Origin: Pseudochelatococcus sp.
GTDB lineage: Bacteria; Pseudomonadota; Alphaproteobacteria; Rhizobiales; Beijerinckiaceae
Assembly (NCBI RefSeq): GCF_050946405.1
Contig: NZ_JBMNUS010000013.1
Location: 71,443-135,442 of the forward strand
Direction of reading: 5' to 3'
Length of the DNA: 64,000 nt
In this document: piece by piece, positions 54,398 to 64,000 of the stretch
How the letters are laid out: each line of letters starts with the position of its first letter
Position numbering within the stretch: the stretch's first letter is position 1
Position numbers and translations under genes: made by a program
The notes under the pieces: generated by a model
Databases searched by the model: none
What the model was told of the DNA's origin: nothing
The model's input: the letters and a program-made list of their open reading frames with translations, nothing else

Positions 54398-57300
54398 GTG
54401 CTCTCCCGCGACAACATCAAGGACATCTATCCGCTGACGCCTTTTCAGGAAGGGGTCGTCTTTCACGATCTCATGGAGCGCGAGGCGGCGCACGAGGGCC
54501 AGCGCGCCTACTTTCAGCAGATGAGCTTCACCGTGCGCGGGCCGCTGGATATCGCGGCCTTCCGGCGCGCCTGGCAATTCCTGGTGGACCGGCATGACGT
54601 GCTGCGCACCGTCTTCCGGCCGACAGGCGCGGAGCGGCCGTTGCAAATCGTGCTGAAGGCGCGTGAACTCGTGCCGGATGTCGTCGACTGCCGCGCTCTC
54701 GGCCCGGATGCCGCCGGCGCGACCTGCGAGCGCTACGAGGCGGAGCAGCGGCAGCGCCCGTTCGATCTGCGGCGCGACCTGCTGGTGCGGCTCGGCCTGC
54801 TGCTGATCGCCCCGGAGGAGACCCGCGTCGTGTTCGGCTTCCATCATGTGCTGATGGACGGCTGGTGCATCGGCATCTTGCAGGACGACCTGACGCGCGC
54901 CTATCAGGCTTTTACGCGCGGCGATGCGCCGCGTCTGCCCGCCGCCGTTCAGTTCGGCGGTTTCGTCAAGGCGAGCGAGCGGCGGCGCACGGCGCGGGCG
55001 CTGGATTTCTGGCGCGATTATCTCGCGGATTACGAGACCGCCGTGGCGCTCCCCGGCCGCCGCCCCGTCGCCCTCGACGGGCCGCGGGACAGCCTCACGC
55101 ACGAGGCGGCGCTGGGCGAGGCGCTGACGGCGCAACTCGATGCGCGGGCGCGCGCGCTCGGGGTGACGCCGGGCACGCTGGCGCAGGCGCTCTGGGGCGT
55201 GCTGCTGGCGAAGATGGAGAATCGGCGGGATGTCGTCTTCGGCACCATGGCCTCGACGCGCCTGCCCGATCTTCCGGGCGGCGAGGCCGTGCTGGGGCCG
55301 TGCATCGGCATGCTGCCGCTGCGCATCCGCTACGCGCCATCCGAAACCTTCGCGGAACTCGTGGCGCAGGTCCATGCGCAACGGCCCGGCTGGCTCGGGC
55401 ACGTGCATTGCGCGCTGGCCGACATCCAGCAGGCGAGCGCGCCGCGCGGCGCGTTGATCGGACATTATTTCGTCTATGAGAACTACCCGCTCGACGCGCG
55501 TTTCCGGGGCGAGGCGCAGGTGCTCGCGCCCGGCGTGACGATCCATGACGTGCGGATGTTCCAGACCGGCAATTACGATTTCGGGGCGCTCATGCTGCCG
55601 GGCGAAAGCGCGCGCCTCGTGTTGACCTTCAACAGCCGGGCGGTCGATCCGGCGGCCGTGGCGCGCATCGGGCGCTGGTTCGTGCGGCTGGCGCGGCAGG
55701 CCGCCGGGGAGCCGGACTGCGCCATCGATGCCATGACCCTGCTCGATGACGAAGAGGCGGCGCGAATCGAGGCGTGGGGCCGGGGGGCGGAGCCCGGCGT
55801 GCTTGCGCCCGACATCGCGGCGCTGCGGCGCGATGTCGTGGCCCGTAGGGGCGAGGCCCCGGCTGTGCGGGCCGGCGGGCGCACGCTCTCGCACGCGGAA
55901 CTGGAAGCGCGGGCGCGCGGGCTCGCGGCCTGGTTTCGCCGCGCGCACGGGATCGGGCCGGGCGATCCGGTCGCGCTGCATCTGCCTGCCGGAGAGGGGC
56001 TGGTGACGGCGATGCTGGCCTGCCTGCTGCTCGGCGCGCCGTTCGTGCCGCTCGACCCCGGCAATCCGGCGCTGCGCACGGCCCATATCCTGAAGGACAG
56101 CGGGGCGCGGCTCGTGCTGGCGCAGGGCGCGCTGCCGGAAGAGGCGGCGGCCGGCGTGCCGGTGGCGCAATCGCCGGCCGATCCCGGCGCGCTCGACGGG
56201 GAAGCGCTGCCGGCCGTCGACGCCGACGCGACGGCCTACATCATCTATACTTCCGGCACGACGGGCGTGCCGAAGGGGGTGCGCGTCGGCCAGTCCGCGC
56301 TCATCAATTATGTCGGCTGGTTCGGCACGCTGTCCGGCGCCGGGCCTGACATGCGCACGGCGCTCGTGACCTCGGCGGCCTTCGATCTCGGCTATACCGG
56401 CCTGTTCGGCGCGCTGCTCGGCGGCGGCTGCGTGTCGCTTCCCGACGAGGACGAGCGCCGCGATCCGGCCCATGTGCTCGCCCTGCTGGCCGACCACGGC
56501 ATCATGGTGCTCAAGACGACGCCCTCCTATCTGTCGATGCTCCTCGCGACGCCGGGCGGGGAGGCGCGTCTTGCCGGGGCGGGCGCGCTGCGCCTGCTGC
56601 TGCTCGGCGGCGAGCCGCAGAATTTCGCCGAGCTGCGGCGTCTGCGGCAACGGCTTCCGGGCCTGCGCATCTACAATCATTACGGGCCGACCGAGGCCAC
56701 CATCGGCTGCGCCGCCGGCCCGCTCGACGATCTGGCGGATCGCGGCGAGGGGCCGCAACGTCTCGGCCGGCCGATCGCGGGCGTGCGCCTTTTCGTGTGT
56801 GACGCCGCGCTGCGGCCCGTGCCGCCCGGCGTGCCGGGCGAACTGCTCGTGGCCGGGCGCGGCCTCGCGCAGGGATATGTGAACGCCTCGCCCGCCGACG
56901 CCGCCCGCTTCGCCGTCCTGCCATGGTGCGGCGGGCTGCGCGTCTACCGCACCGGCGACCGCGTGCGCTGGGCCGATGACGGCACGCTGGAGTTTCTCGG
57001 GCGCGTCGACGATCAGGTGAAGGTGCGCGGCTATCGCGTCTCGCTGAAGGAGGTCGAGGCGGCGCTGACGGCGCTTGAGTGCGTGCGTGACGCGGCGGTG
57101 GTGACGGATGCGCGCGGCGGCGCGACCGAGCTTGTCGCCTATGTCGTCCCGGAAGGGGAAAGGCCGGAAGGGGAAACGACGCCGGCCGCCATCCGCGCCG
57201 CTCTGGCGCGGCGTCTGCCGCCGCCGATGATACCGGCGCGCTTCATCGCCGTGTCGCGCTTCCCGCTGACCGCCAACGGCAAGACCGACCGCAAGGCGCT

Positions 57301-58387
57301 GACCGAACACCGGCGGCCGCAGGCTCCCGCGCCCGGAGCGCCGGAGGCGGGAAACGAGACGGAGGAGAAACTGCGCGCGATCTGGCGCGAGGTGCTGTTT
57401 CTCGACCATGTGGGCCTCGACGACGATTTCTTCGCGCTCGGCGGCCACAGCCTGAAGGCGATCCTCGTCGCCTCGAAGGCGCGGGCGGTGTTCGAACGCC
57501 CGCTCACGCTGCGCAGCCTGTTCGATCACCCCACCGTGCGCCGACTCGCCGTGCATATTGTCGGCGGCGCCACGCCCACGCCTGTCGGCGGCGATCGGGT
57601 GCTGCCGCTGCGCGCGGGATCGTCCGACGCGCCGCTCGCCGTCTTTTTCCCGCCGGCGCTCGGCACGTCGACCCCCTACCGCGATCTGGTCGAGCCTCTC
57701 GCGGGCGATGTCGCCTGCATCGGGATGCAGGCGCCGGGTTTCGACCGCGACGAGCCGTTCGCGGAAAATGTGGCGGACTGCGCCGGACATTTCGTGCGGG
57801 CCTTGCGGCCGCTGATCGGACAGGGGCGGAGACTTCGACTGGTCGGCTGGTCCATGGGTGCGCATTTCGCACTGGAGACGGCGTTGCAGTTGGAGGCGGA
57901 AAACGGAGGGCATCGGAGCCCGGCGCTCGAACTGATCCTGCTGGACAGCGCCCCGCCGGCGGCGGACGACGGAACGAACGATGCGTCGGACGGCTTGCCG
58001 GGCTTCGCGGCGTTACGCACGCGCCCTTATTGGGGCCGCGTGCTGGCGATCATGGATGCGATGCCCCCGGCCGATCTCGCGCGCATCGAGCGTCTCGCCC
58101 GGCACAATCATGCCGCGGTGCGGCGACATCGCTTCACCGGCGTCGTTCACAGCCCCGTCACCTGCCTGGAGGCCGCCGATGCGCTTCCCCGCGCGGGCAT
58201 GGAAGGCTTCCGCCGATTCGCGGCCGGGCGATTCGCCGTGCATGAGGTCGGTGGCGATCATTACTCGATGTTCCATCCGCCGCATCTGAACACGGTGCTG
58301 TCGTGGCTTGAACAACTGCTGACGGCCAGCGGCAGCGGCGCGGGCGCGACACCGGCCGCCAGCGCACCGGGATCGCTGACGGCATAG
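54398..58387 (+). CDS. NRPS termination module: C-A-PCP-TE (about 1330 aa)
   Basis: C domain IKDIYPLTPFQEG start and HHVLMDGWC ~54850; A YTSGTTGVPKG ~56250 ... NGKTDRKAL; PCP FFALGGHSLKAIL ~57440; thioesterase GWSMGA ~57850. Start: GTG 54398 (gives MLSRDNIKDIYPLTPFQEG) or ATG 54332; ORF-track start 53873 overlaps SPFH gene and is rejected. Confidence 0.85.
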   Translation: MLSRDNIKDIYPLTPFQEGVVFHDLMEREAAHEGQRAYFQQMSFTVRGPLDIAAFRRAWQFLVDRHDVLRTVFRPTGAERPLQIVLKARELVPDVVDCRALGPDAAGATCERYEAEQRQRPFDLRRDLLVRLGLLLIAPEETRVVFGFHHVLMDGWCIGILQDDLTRAYQAFTRGDAPRLPAAVQFGGFVKASERRRTARALDFWRDYLADYETAVALPGRRPVALDGPRDSLTHEAALGEALTAQLDARARALGVTPGTLAQALWGVLLAKMENRRDVVFGTMASTRLPDLPGGEAVLGPCIGMLPLRIRYAPSETFAELVAQVHAQRPGWLGHVHCALADIQQASAPRGALIGHYFVYENYPLDARFRGEAQVLAPGVTIHDVRMFQTGNYDFGALMLPGESARLVLTFNSRAVDPAAVARIGRWFVRLARQAAGEPDCAIDAMTLLDDEEAARIEAWGRGAEPGVLAPDIAALRRDVVARRGEAPAVRAGGRTLSHAELEARARGLAAWFRRAHGIGPGDPVALHLPAGEGLVTAMLACLLLGAPFVPLDPGNPALRTAHILKDSGARLVLAQGALPEEAAAGVPVAQSPADPGALDGEALPAVDADATAYIIYTSGTTGVPKGVRVGQSALINYVGWFGTLSGAGPDMRTALVTSAAFDLGYTGLFGALLGGGCVSLPDEDERRDPAHVLALLADHGIMVLKTTPSYLSMLLATPGGEARLAGAGALRLLLLGGEPQNFAELRRLRQRLPGLRIYNHYGPTEATIGCAAGPLDDLADRGEGPQRLGRPIAGVRLFVCDAALRPVPPGVPGELLVAGRGLAQGYVNASPADAARFAVLPWCGGLRVYRTGDRVRWADDGTLEFLGRVDDQVKVRGYRVSLKEVEAALTALECVRDAAVVTDARGGATELVAYVVPEGERPEGETTPAAIRAALARRLPPPMIPARFIAVSRFPLTANGKTDRKALTEHRRPQAPAPGAPEAGNETEEKLRAIWREVLFLDHVGLDDDFFALGGHSLKAILVASKARAVFERPLTLRSLFDHPTVRRLAVHIVGGATPTPVGGDRVLPLRAGSSDAPLAVFFPPALGTSTPYRDLVEPLAGDVACIGMQAPGFDRDEPFAENVADCAGHFVRALRPLIGQGRRLRLVGWSMGAHFALETALQLEAENGGHRSPALELILLDSAPPAADDGTNDASDGLPGFAALRTRPYWGRVLAIMDAMPPADLARIERLARHNHAAVRRHRFTGVVHSPVTCLEAADALPRAGMEGFRRFAAGRFAVHEVGGDHYSMFHPPHLNTVLSWLEQLLTASGSGAGATPAASAPGSLTA

Positions 58388-59166
58388 GCGGTGAGGCGCG
58401 GCCGCTCGCCGGCGCGCAGGAGCATGGTGAGCGCGAAGGCGTGGCCCGAAGCGAGCAGACCGCTCTGGACGTGCCAGACGCCCGCGCGGCGCAGGTCTTC
58501 GTCGAGATGGGCGAAGCCGAGACGGGTGAAGCCGAGACTGGCGAAGGTTGGCTGATCGAGCGAGAAACCGGCGCAGGTCAGCGGGCGGGAAAGGCCCTGG
58601 CCAAGGCCCTTCACCACGCTTTCCTTCAGCGTCCACAGCCTGAAGAAGCGCTCCGCCATCGGTGTCGGGCAGTCGCCGTGAGCGGAATCCGGCTGGATGG
58701 GAGAGCGTTCCAGCGCGGCAAGGCCGGCCAGTTCCGCCGCCGTGCAGAAGCTTTGCGCCAGTTCGATCGTCGCCGTCGCCGGCGTCACGCGCTCGACATC
58801 GACGCCGGTCTCGCGGCCCTCGCACAACGCGACCGCCACGCAGCCCGCCGTGTGCGACAGGCTGAAGCGCACGTCAGGCATCCCCGGCGCGCGCACGATG
58901 CACGGCTTGCCGAGGGGCGAGGCGGTAAAGCGCCATGCCGCCGGCCCCGTTCCGGCGATATGGCGGGACAGCGCCCCCCGCAGCAGGCCGTGCGCGGCGA
59001 CGAATGTCTCGCGATCGCGCTCGAAACGGAAACGGCCCGCCCGCGCGGTCTCCTGCGCGTCGAGCCACGCTGCCGCCCGCCCGCCGGCGATCCCGGCCGG
59101 AGCCGCGATGTAAACCGATACCGGAATGTCCCGTATGGACGCCGGACTGTCGTGCATTATATCCAT
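58261..59166 (-). CDS. Sfp-type 4'-phosphopantetheinyl transferase
   Basis: PPTase motifs (GKPCI..., FSLSHTAGCVAVAL, WTLKESVVKGLG); ORF runs 127 bp into 3' end of NRPS3 on opposite strand. Confidence 0.75.
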   Translation of the reverse strand: MDIMHDSPASIRDIPVSVYIAAPAGIAGGRAAAWLDAQETARAGRFRFERDRETFVAAHGLLRGALSRHIAGTGPAAWRFTASPLGKPCIVRAPGMPDVRFSLSHTAGCVAVALCEGRETGVDVERVTPATATIELAQSFCTAAELAGLAALERSPIQPDSAHGDCPTPMAERFFRLWTLKESVVKGLGQGLSRPLTCAGFSLDQPTFASLGFTRLGFAHLDEDLRRAGVWHVQSGLLASGHAFALTMLLRAGERPRLTAYAVSDPGALAAGVAPAPLPLAVSSCSSHDSTVFRCGGWNIE

Positions 59167-59372
59167 ACCCGTTATCGCTTCGACGGAAAAACCACCGGAA
59201 AACCCTTATGCCGGCGGATGGCGGGACGCATCCTATCATGCGCGGCCGGGCGGGCGCGACGGCGCAGGAATGCTCTTGACCGACGCAAGCGTTGACGCGA
59301 CGTTATCGCCGATGGTCGCCGCAATCTATGGCGCGGTGCGGTGATAGTATGACATTTATGCGGAGCGGTCGG

Positions 59373-60407
59373 ATGAAAATATGGTCGGGCTTTCCGGCGC
59401 TCGCGGCAGCGGCTTTCATGACGGGCTTGCCGGCAAATCCGCCGGCATGGGGAGCGGATGCGGCGCCGTTCGACCAGTCGCCCTATGAGCGGCCGGCGTC
59501 GCTCGTCGAGGTGGGCGATGGGCAACGGCTCAATCTCGTCTGCCGGGGCGAAGGTTTTCCGACGGTTCTTCTCGAAGCGGGTTTCGGCGAAAGCGCGGTG
59601 ACGTGGCGCGACGTTCAGCCGGAAATCGCCAAAGTGACGCGCGTCTGCGCCTATGACCGGGCCGGGCTCGGTTTCAGCGATCCCGCCAGGGCGGCGCAGG
59701 ATGTGGCGGGCATGGCCGCGCGGCTGCGGGCTCTTGTCGACGCGGGCGGTATCGGCCGCCCGTTCGTTTTGGTGGCGCATTCGATGGGCGGGTTGATCGC
59801 GGCCCGGTATGCCGACGAGAATCCGCGCGATCTGGCGGGGCTGGTGCTCGTCGATCCCGCCGTGGCGCATCAGGAGCGGCACATGGCCGCCGTCACCCGC
59901 TCCTATTTCATCGCGAACGCGCAGCAACGCGCCGTGATTCTCGCCTGTCTGGATGCCGCGAAAGCCGGCGATATGACGCCGGGCAGTTCTCTGCCGGCCG
60001 AATGCGGCAACCCGACACCCGGTGCCGGCCCGGTGCTGGCGGCGGCGGAAAGCGCGCGGATGAAGAAGGTTTCCTATTGGGAGGCGCTGCTTTCCGAACA
60101 TGAAAACATGTTCTCCATGCAGGAGGACAGCTCGACCGTGGATGACATCCAGCTCACCGGCTCCACCCGGCGATATGGAACCTTGCCGCTGATCGTTCTC
60201 ACCGCCGGGAATGCGTTGCCCGATATGCCGGAGGCCGAAAAAGACCCCGCCAATACATTGTGGATGAAGCTGCATGACGAACTGGCGGCGCGCTCCGACC
60301 GGGGCGTGAATCGCCTGGCCCCGCAATCGGGGCATTATATCCAGAACGACGCGCCGCAGGAGGTGATCGCGGCCGTGCTCGAAGTCGTCACCGCCACGCG
60401 GCGGTGA
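59373..60407 (+). CDS. secreted alpha/beta-hydrolase (esterase/lipase-like)
   Basis: ATG 59373 (MKIWSGFPALAAAAFMTGLPA signal peptide) within ORF 59292..60407; nucleophile elbow AHSMGG; antisense ORF 59172..60335 rejected. Confidence 0.7.
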   Translation: MKIWSGFPALAAAAFMTGLPANPPAWGADAAPFDQSPYERPASLVEVGDGQRLNLVCRGEGFPTVLLEAGFGESAVTWRDVQPEIAKVTRVCAYDRAGLGFSDPARAAQDVAGMAARLRALVDAGGIGRPFVLVAHSMGGLIAARYADENPRDLAGLVLVDPAVAHQERHMAAVTRSYFIANAQQRAVILACLDAAKAGDMTPGSSLPAECGNPTPGAGPVLAAAESARMKKVSYWEALLSEHENMFSMQEDSSTVDDIQLTGSTRRYGTLPLIVLTAGNALPDMPEAEKDPANTLWMKLHDELAARSDRGVNRLAPQSGHYIQNDAPQEVIAAVLEVVTATRR

Positions 60408-60432
60408 CAGTTCGCGGACAGCGCGCGAGCCC

Positions 60433-61446
60433 TTACCTGACCGGGCAGGAATTGCCGTTGGCGCTGTAATTGATGACCTTGATCTTGCCGCCGATGATGT
60501 CGTCTCGTATGGCGACGATCTTCTTTTCCATATCGGCTGTCACGAGCTTGCGGTTGTTGTCGTCCAGCGCCCAGTCGACGCCGCCTTCCTTCAGGCCGAG
60601 GGAGATGGTGCCCGGTTTCCAGGTGCCGTTCTTCGCATCCTGAAACGCACCGTAAACCGCGTTGTCGACGCGCTTGAGCATGGAGGTCAGCACCGTGCCG
60701 GGCTGTATGTGATTCTGGTTGCTGTCCACGCCGATGGCCAGTTTGCCCTTGTCCTTCGCCGCCTGCATCACGCCGATTCCGGTGCCGCCGGCGGCGGCGA
60801 AAATGACATCCACGCCGCGGCCGAACTGCGCGTCGGCAAGATCCGCGCCCTTCGCCGGGTCGCGCCACACGGAAGGGGTGGTGCCGACCATGTCCGCGAT
60901 ATATTCGATCTGCGGATTGATATATTTTCCTCCCTGGGCGTAACCGCAGCCGAAAGCTTGTATCGGCGGAATATCCATGCCGCCGATGAAGCCCAGCTTG
61001 CCGCTTTTCGAGGCCATCGCGGCCAGCGCACCCACGAGGAAGGAGCCTTCCTCGTCCTTGAACACGATCGACTGAACGTTCGGCGCCTCGATCACGGAAT
61101 CGATGATGACGAACTTCACGTCGGGAAACCGCGGCGCGACCTTTTCAAGCGCGGGCTTCTGCGCGGAGCCGACCGAGACCACCACGCTCACGCCGCGCCG
61201 GGCGAGATTGGTCAGCGCCTGTTCGCGCTGGTTCTCGCCGGTGATCTCGAATTCGCGATAAGCGGCGCCGGTTTCCTTCCTGAACCGCTCCGCGCCATTA
61301 TATGCGGCTTCGTTGAAGCTCTTGTCGAACTTGCCGCCCATGTCGAACACGATGGCCGGGCCGGAACTCTGGGCCGGAGCGGAGACGCTCGTCATCATTA
61401 AAGCAATTCCGGCAAAAGCCGATGCCGCAATTCCGATATGGCGCAT
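60433..61446 (-). CDS. BMP-family ABC substrate-binding lipoprotein (Med/TmpC, nucleoside-binding type)
   Basis: Signal peptide MRHIGIAASAFAGIALMMTSVSAPAQS; BMP family body (FVIIDSVIE..., GFIGGMDIPPI, AIGVDSNQ). Confidence 0.8.
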   Translation of the reverse strand: MRHIGIAASAFAGIALMMTSVSAPAQSSGPAIVFDMGGKFDKSFNEAAYNGAERFRKETGAAYREFEITGENQREQALTNLARRGVSVVVSVGSAQKPALEKVAPRFPDVKFVIIDSVIEAPNVQSIVFKDEEGSFLVGALAAMASKSGKLGFIGGMDIPPIQAFGCGYAQGGKYINPQIEYIADMVGTTPSVWRDPAKGADLADAQFGRGVDVIFAAAGGTGIGVMQAAKDKGKLAIGVDSNQNHIQPGTVLTSMLKRVDNAVYGAFQDAKNGTWKPGTISLGLKEGGVDWALDDNNRKLVTADMEKKIVAIRDDIIGGKIKVINYSANGNSCPVR

Positions 61447-61834
61447 GATCAATTCCTTTCGCTGACGGCCTCCGGCCGGAGCGCGGGTTCGCTCTTGTGA
61501 TGTCGGAGCGATTTCCCGATCAACGAAAGAGATCGAGAAATCGCTGAAAATCAAAGGCTTGTGTGTAGTTTGACCCGATATCCCGAAACGGTCGCGCTCC
61601 CGGAGTCTGGCCGATGAGACAAATATGGCGCGCTTACGTGGCCCTTTTACGAAACCGCCCGCAAGTTATGGGAGAAAATGTCCAGAGCAGCGCTAAAACG
61701 TTTAAAATGCATCGTAAATGTCAGATATGACATGAGAGATCACGGCGTGTATGGCGCAAATCGGTCATTATTATCACAAAACCGCAATGCTTCATGGCTA
61801 CTGTTTTTCGAGCAGTAGCGGAGAGGGTTCGGTT

Positions 61835-63853
61835 ATGGCGTTTTCTGGTCCCGCCATCGGCATTCGCGGCCGTTTGTGGTTGGCATTCGGCGTCATTTCG
61901 ACATTGCCGATTCTGGCGGCGCTGGTTGCGTGGCTGGCTTTCAACGATGTGGCCGAACGCATGGATCAGGTCGCCCAGCGGCGATTGCCGCAGATCGAGG
62001 CTGCGCTGCGGCTGGCCGCGACGGCGGAGCGGCTGGTCGGTTATGGTCCGCAGATCGTGGCGGCGCCGGGCGCCGATGCGCGCGAGGCCATCTGGCGGCG
62101 TGTCGATCCCATCCGGGATGAAGGCCGCAGCCTGATCGAAGCCCTGCGCGGCACGACGGATGCGGTGGAGATCACCGATTACATCTCGTATATCGACGAC
62201 ATGAGCCGGATGTTGACCGATATTCATAATCTGGTGAACGCCATTGGCGAAAACAGAGCCGAATTTGTCCGGCTGATGCAGAAGGTCGAGCCGGCGGCCG
62301 GTGATTTCGACCGGGTGGCGGAGCAACTGGACGATATCGAAGCCGGCGCCTTGCTCGGACAACTGAATGTAAAGCTGGTGGGCGCCTTGCTGGGCTTGCC
62401 GGTTCTGACCGATCTGGATGCGGTCGACCGCGCCAGAGCCGGCGTGGAGGAGCATCGGGCGGAGCTCGTGCGTCTGGTCGGGGGGCTGGAGGCGGCCGAT
62501 GCGGAGCGAATCGCGCCGGTTCGCGATGCGTGGCTGGCAGTTCTGGATGCCCAGCCGTTTCAGATGCAGAGCGATTTTCTGCTCGACGGGGAAGATCGCG
62601 ATCTGCTGCTCGTTTCAAACGCCACCGTTGCGGAGCGCCTGCGAGAGCGGACGGCCGGTCTGGTGGCGGACGCCAGCAACGGCGCGCGGGCGGCGGCCGC
62701 GGATGTGCGCACGGTCATTGCCGATGGCGTATGGAAGCTCTTCGGCGTCGCGATCGGCGCCGTGGTGCTGGCGATTGCAATCGGCTGGCTGTATGTCAAC
62801 CGCCTGCTCATCCGCAGCCTGACACGCCTCATCGATATCATGCGCCGGTTGTCGCAAGGCGAGCGCGAGATCGCGATTCCCGATCTGCACCGGCGCGACG
62901 AAATCGGCGCCATGGCCGCCGCGCTGGAGGTGTTCAAGCAAAATGCCATCGAGCGCCATCATCTGGAAGAGAATCAGCGCCATGCAAGCGAGGCCCAGGC
63001 GCAACGCGTTGATGCCGTCGAGGCGCTGATTCGCGATTTCGACGATGAGATGGTCAACGTGCTCGCCCTGATCAGGGCCTCGTCCGAATCGCTCGAGAGC
63101 ACCGCCCGATCCCTCAATACGACCGCGGACGCAAGCTCCGGCAATGTCGTCAATGTTTCGACGGCTGCCGAGCAGGCATCGGCAAACGTGCAGAATGTCG
63201 CATCGGCCTCTGAACAACTCGCCGCCTCGATCAACGAGATTTCCCGTCAGATCAGTGATTCGCGTCAGATCGCCGATCAGGCGCTCGCGTCCGTGCGCGA
63301 AACGGACGGCACGGCCCGTCAGCTTCTGAGCGCGAGCGAGCGAATCAACGAGATCGTGGCGCTGATCAGCACCATCGCCCAGCAAACGAATCTGCTGGCG
63401 CTTAACGCCACGATCGAGGCGGCCCGTGCGGGCAACGCCGGCAAGGGCTTCGCCGTGGTGGCGTCGGAGGTCAAGTCCCTGGCTGATCAGACCGAACGCG
63501 CGACGGGCGACATATCCGAGCATCTCAGAGCGATTCAGACGGTTTCGCAAACGGCCGTTTCCGCCATTCATGGCGTCGGCGAGATCATCGAGCGAATCAA
63601 CGTGATCTTTTCGGAGATCTCTCAGGCGGTATCGCAGCAAGGAGCTGCGACTCGCGAAATCGCCGAAAGCGTTCAGCAGGCGGCTACGGGCACGCAACAG
63701 GTTTCGGTGAAGATGCGGGATATTTCCCAGGGTGTGAGCGACACCCGCCAGCATGCCGCCGATGTGCTCGGTTCCGCCTCCGGGCTGGCGAAGGAAGCCC
63801 AGGGCGTGCGCCATACGGTCGAGCGATTTTTCGACGAAATCCGTGCTGCGTAA
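61835..63853 (+). CDS. methyl-accepting chemotaxis protein
   Basis: TM1 - periplasmic domain - TM2 - HAMP - MCP signalling domain with [31 protein letters not shown] highly conserved hairpin; ATG 61835 after GGAGAGGG. Confidence 0.85.
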   Translation: MAFSGPAIGIRGRLWLAFGVISTLPILAALVAWLAFNDVAERMDQVAQRRLPQIEAALRLAATAERLVGYGPQIVAAPGADAREAIWRRVDPIRDEGRSLIEALRGTTDAVEITDYISYIDDMSRMLTDIHNLVNAIGENRAEFVRLMQKVEPAAGDFDRVAEQLDDIEAGALLGQLNVKLVGALLGLPVLTDLDAVDRARAGVEEHRAELVRLVGGLEAADAERIAPVRDAWLAVLDAQPFQMQSDFLLDGEDRDLLLVSNATVAERLRERTAGLVADASNGARAAAADVRTVIADGVWKLFGVAIGAVVLAIAIGWLYVNRLLIRSLTRLIDIMRRLSQGEREIAIPDLHRRDEIGAMAAALEVFKQNAIERHHLEENQRHASEAQAQRVDAVEALIRDFDDEMVNVLALIRASSESLESTARSLNTTADASSGNVVNVSTAAEQASANVQNVASASEQLAASINEISRQISDSRQIADQALASVRETDGTARQLLSASERINEIVALISTIAQQTNLLALNATIEAARAGNAGKGFAVVASEVKSLADQTERATGDISEHLRAIQTVSQTAVSAIHGVGEIIERINVIFSEISQAVSQQGAATREIAESVQQAATGTQQVSVKMRDISQGVSDTRQHAADVLGSASGLAKEAQGVRHTVERFFDEIRAA

Positions 63854-64000
63854 GGCGTTGTGGGGATCGGACGTTCCTTTCGTCAAGAAAGTTTCATTTT
63901 TGGATTGACATGGATATTTGTGTGATCTAGATAGGGGTCACACCGGCGCTGCGGCTTACGAGTTTTGCGGCGACGGACTGGTTTTTCTTTAGGTTGCGTC

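Noticed and set aside
59172-60335. 387-aa minus-strand ORF opposite the alpha/beta hydrolase
   Set aside because: It is the antisense of a plus-strand ORF with a signal peptide and an AHSMGG nucleophile elbow. The minus-frame translation has no motifs.
1-64000. Search for tRNA/rRNA genes, CRISPR arrays, IS elements or integrases that could mark the BGC as a mobile island
   Set aside because: None were recognised by eye: no repeat-spacer arrays, no transposase/integrase-like ORFs, no tRNA-like cloverleaf-sized conserved segments. Absence is not proof without tRNAscan or ISfinder.

Overview
This is a high-GC (about 68-70%) proteobacterial window, probably alphaproteobacterial. Codon bias produces many long spurious antisense ORFs in the six-frame track, so genes were called from recognisable protein families rather than ORF length.

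Positions 1-21.4 kb hold ordinary metabolic and accessory genes:
- a truncated D-2-hydroxyacid dehydrogenase and a GcvA-like LysR regulator;
- a PotABCD-like ABC importer interleaved with a HAD hydrolase, an FAD amine oxidase, a GMC oxidoreductase, two aldehyde dehydrogenases (one GabD-like), a TtuC-like dehydrogenase, a cupin, a divergent BauA-like omega-aminotransferase and a PuuR-like XRE-cupin regulator;
- an lrp-alr-dadA D-amino-acid catabolic unit;
- a ChrB-like protein paired with an MFS transporter.

Positions about 21.5-59.2 kb are taken up by a large hybrid PKS/NRPS biosynthetic gene cluster that I think is the novel system here.
- A 14.6 kb megasynthetase gene begins with an iturin/mycosubtilin-type beta-amino-fatty-acid loading line (FAAL-ACP-KS-AT(malonyl)-ACP-aminotransferase).
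- Next comes a C-PCP module whose A domain is reduced to a roughly 170 aa C-terminal remnant.
- A tandem C-C didomain, A-PCP and a terminal C follow.
- An asparagine-synthetase (AsnB-like) amidotransferase is translationally wedged between this gene and a second NRPS, A-PCP-C-A(with an embedded roughly 360 aa PRMT-like methyltransferase domain)-PCP-E.
- Downstream are a SyrD-type ABC exporter and an autotransporter whose passenger is a class-C beta-lactamase / S12 D-peptidase fold.
- A convergent type II thioesterase follows, then three membrane-associated genes (DUF697-like, a 63 aa 2-TM protein, an SPFH/band-7 protein, partly AT-rich).
- The terminal NRPS (C-A-PCP-TE) and a convergent Sfp-type PPTase close the cluster.

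The predicted product is a D-residue-containing, probably guanidino- or N-methylated cyclic lipopeptide made of a beta-amino fatty acid plus five residues.

The window ends with an alpha/beta hydrolase, a BMP-family substrate-binding lipoprotein and a methyl-accepting chemotaxis protein.

Domain boundaries inside the megasynthetases are approximate, within about 50 bp.
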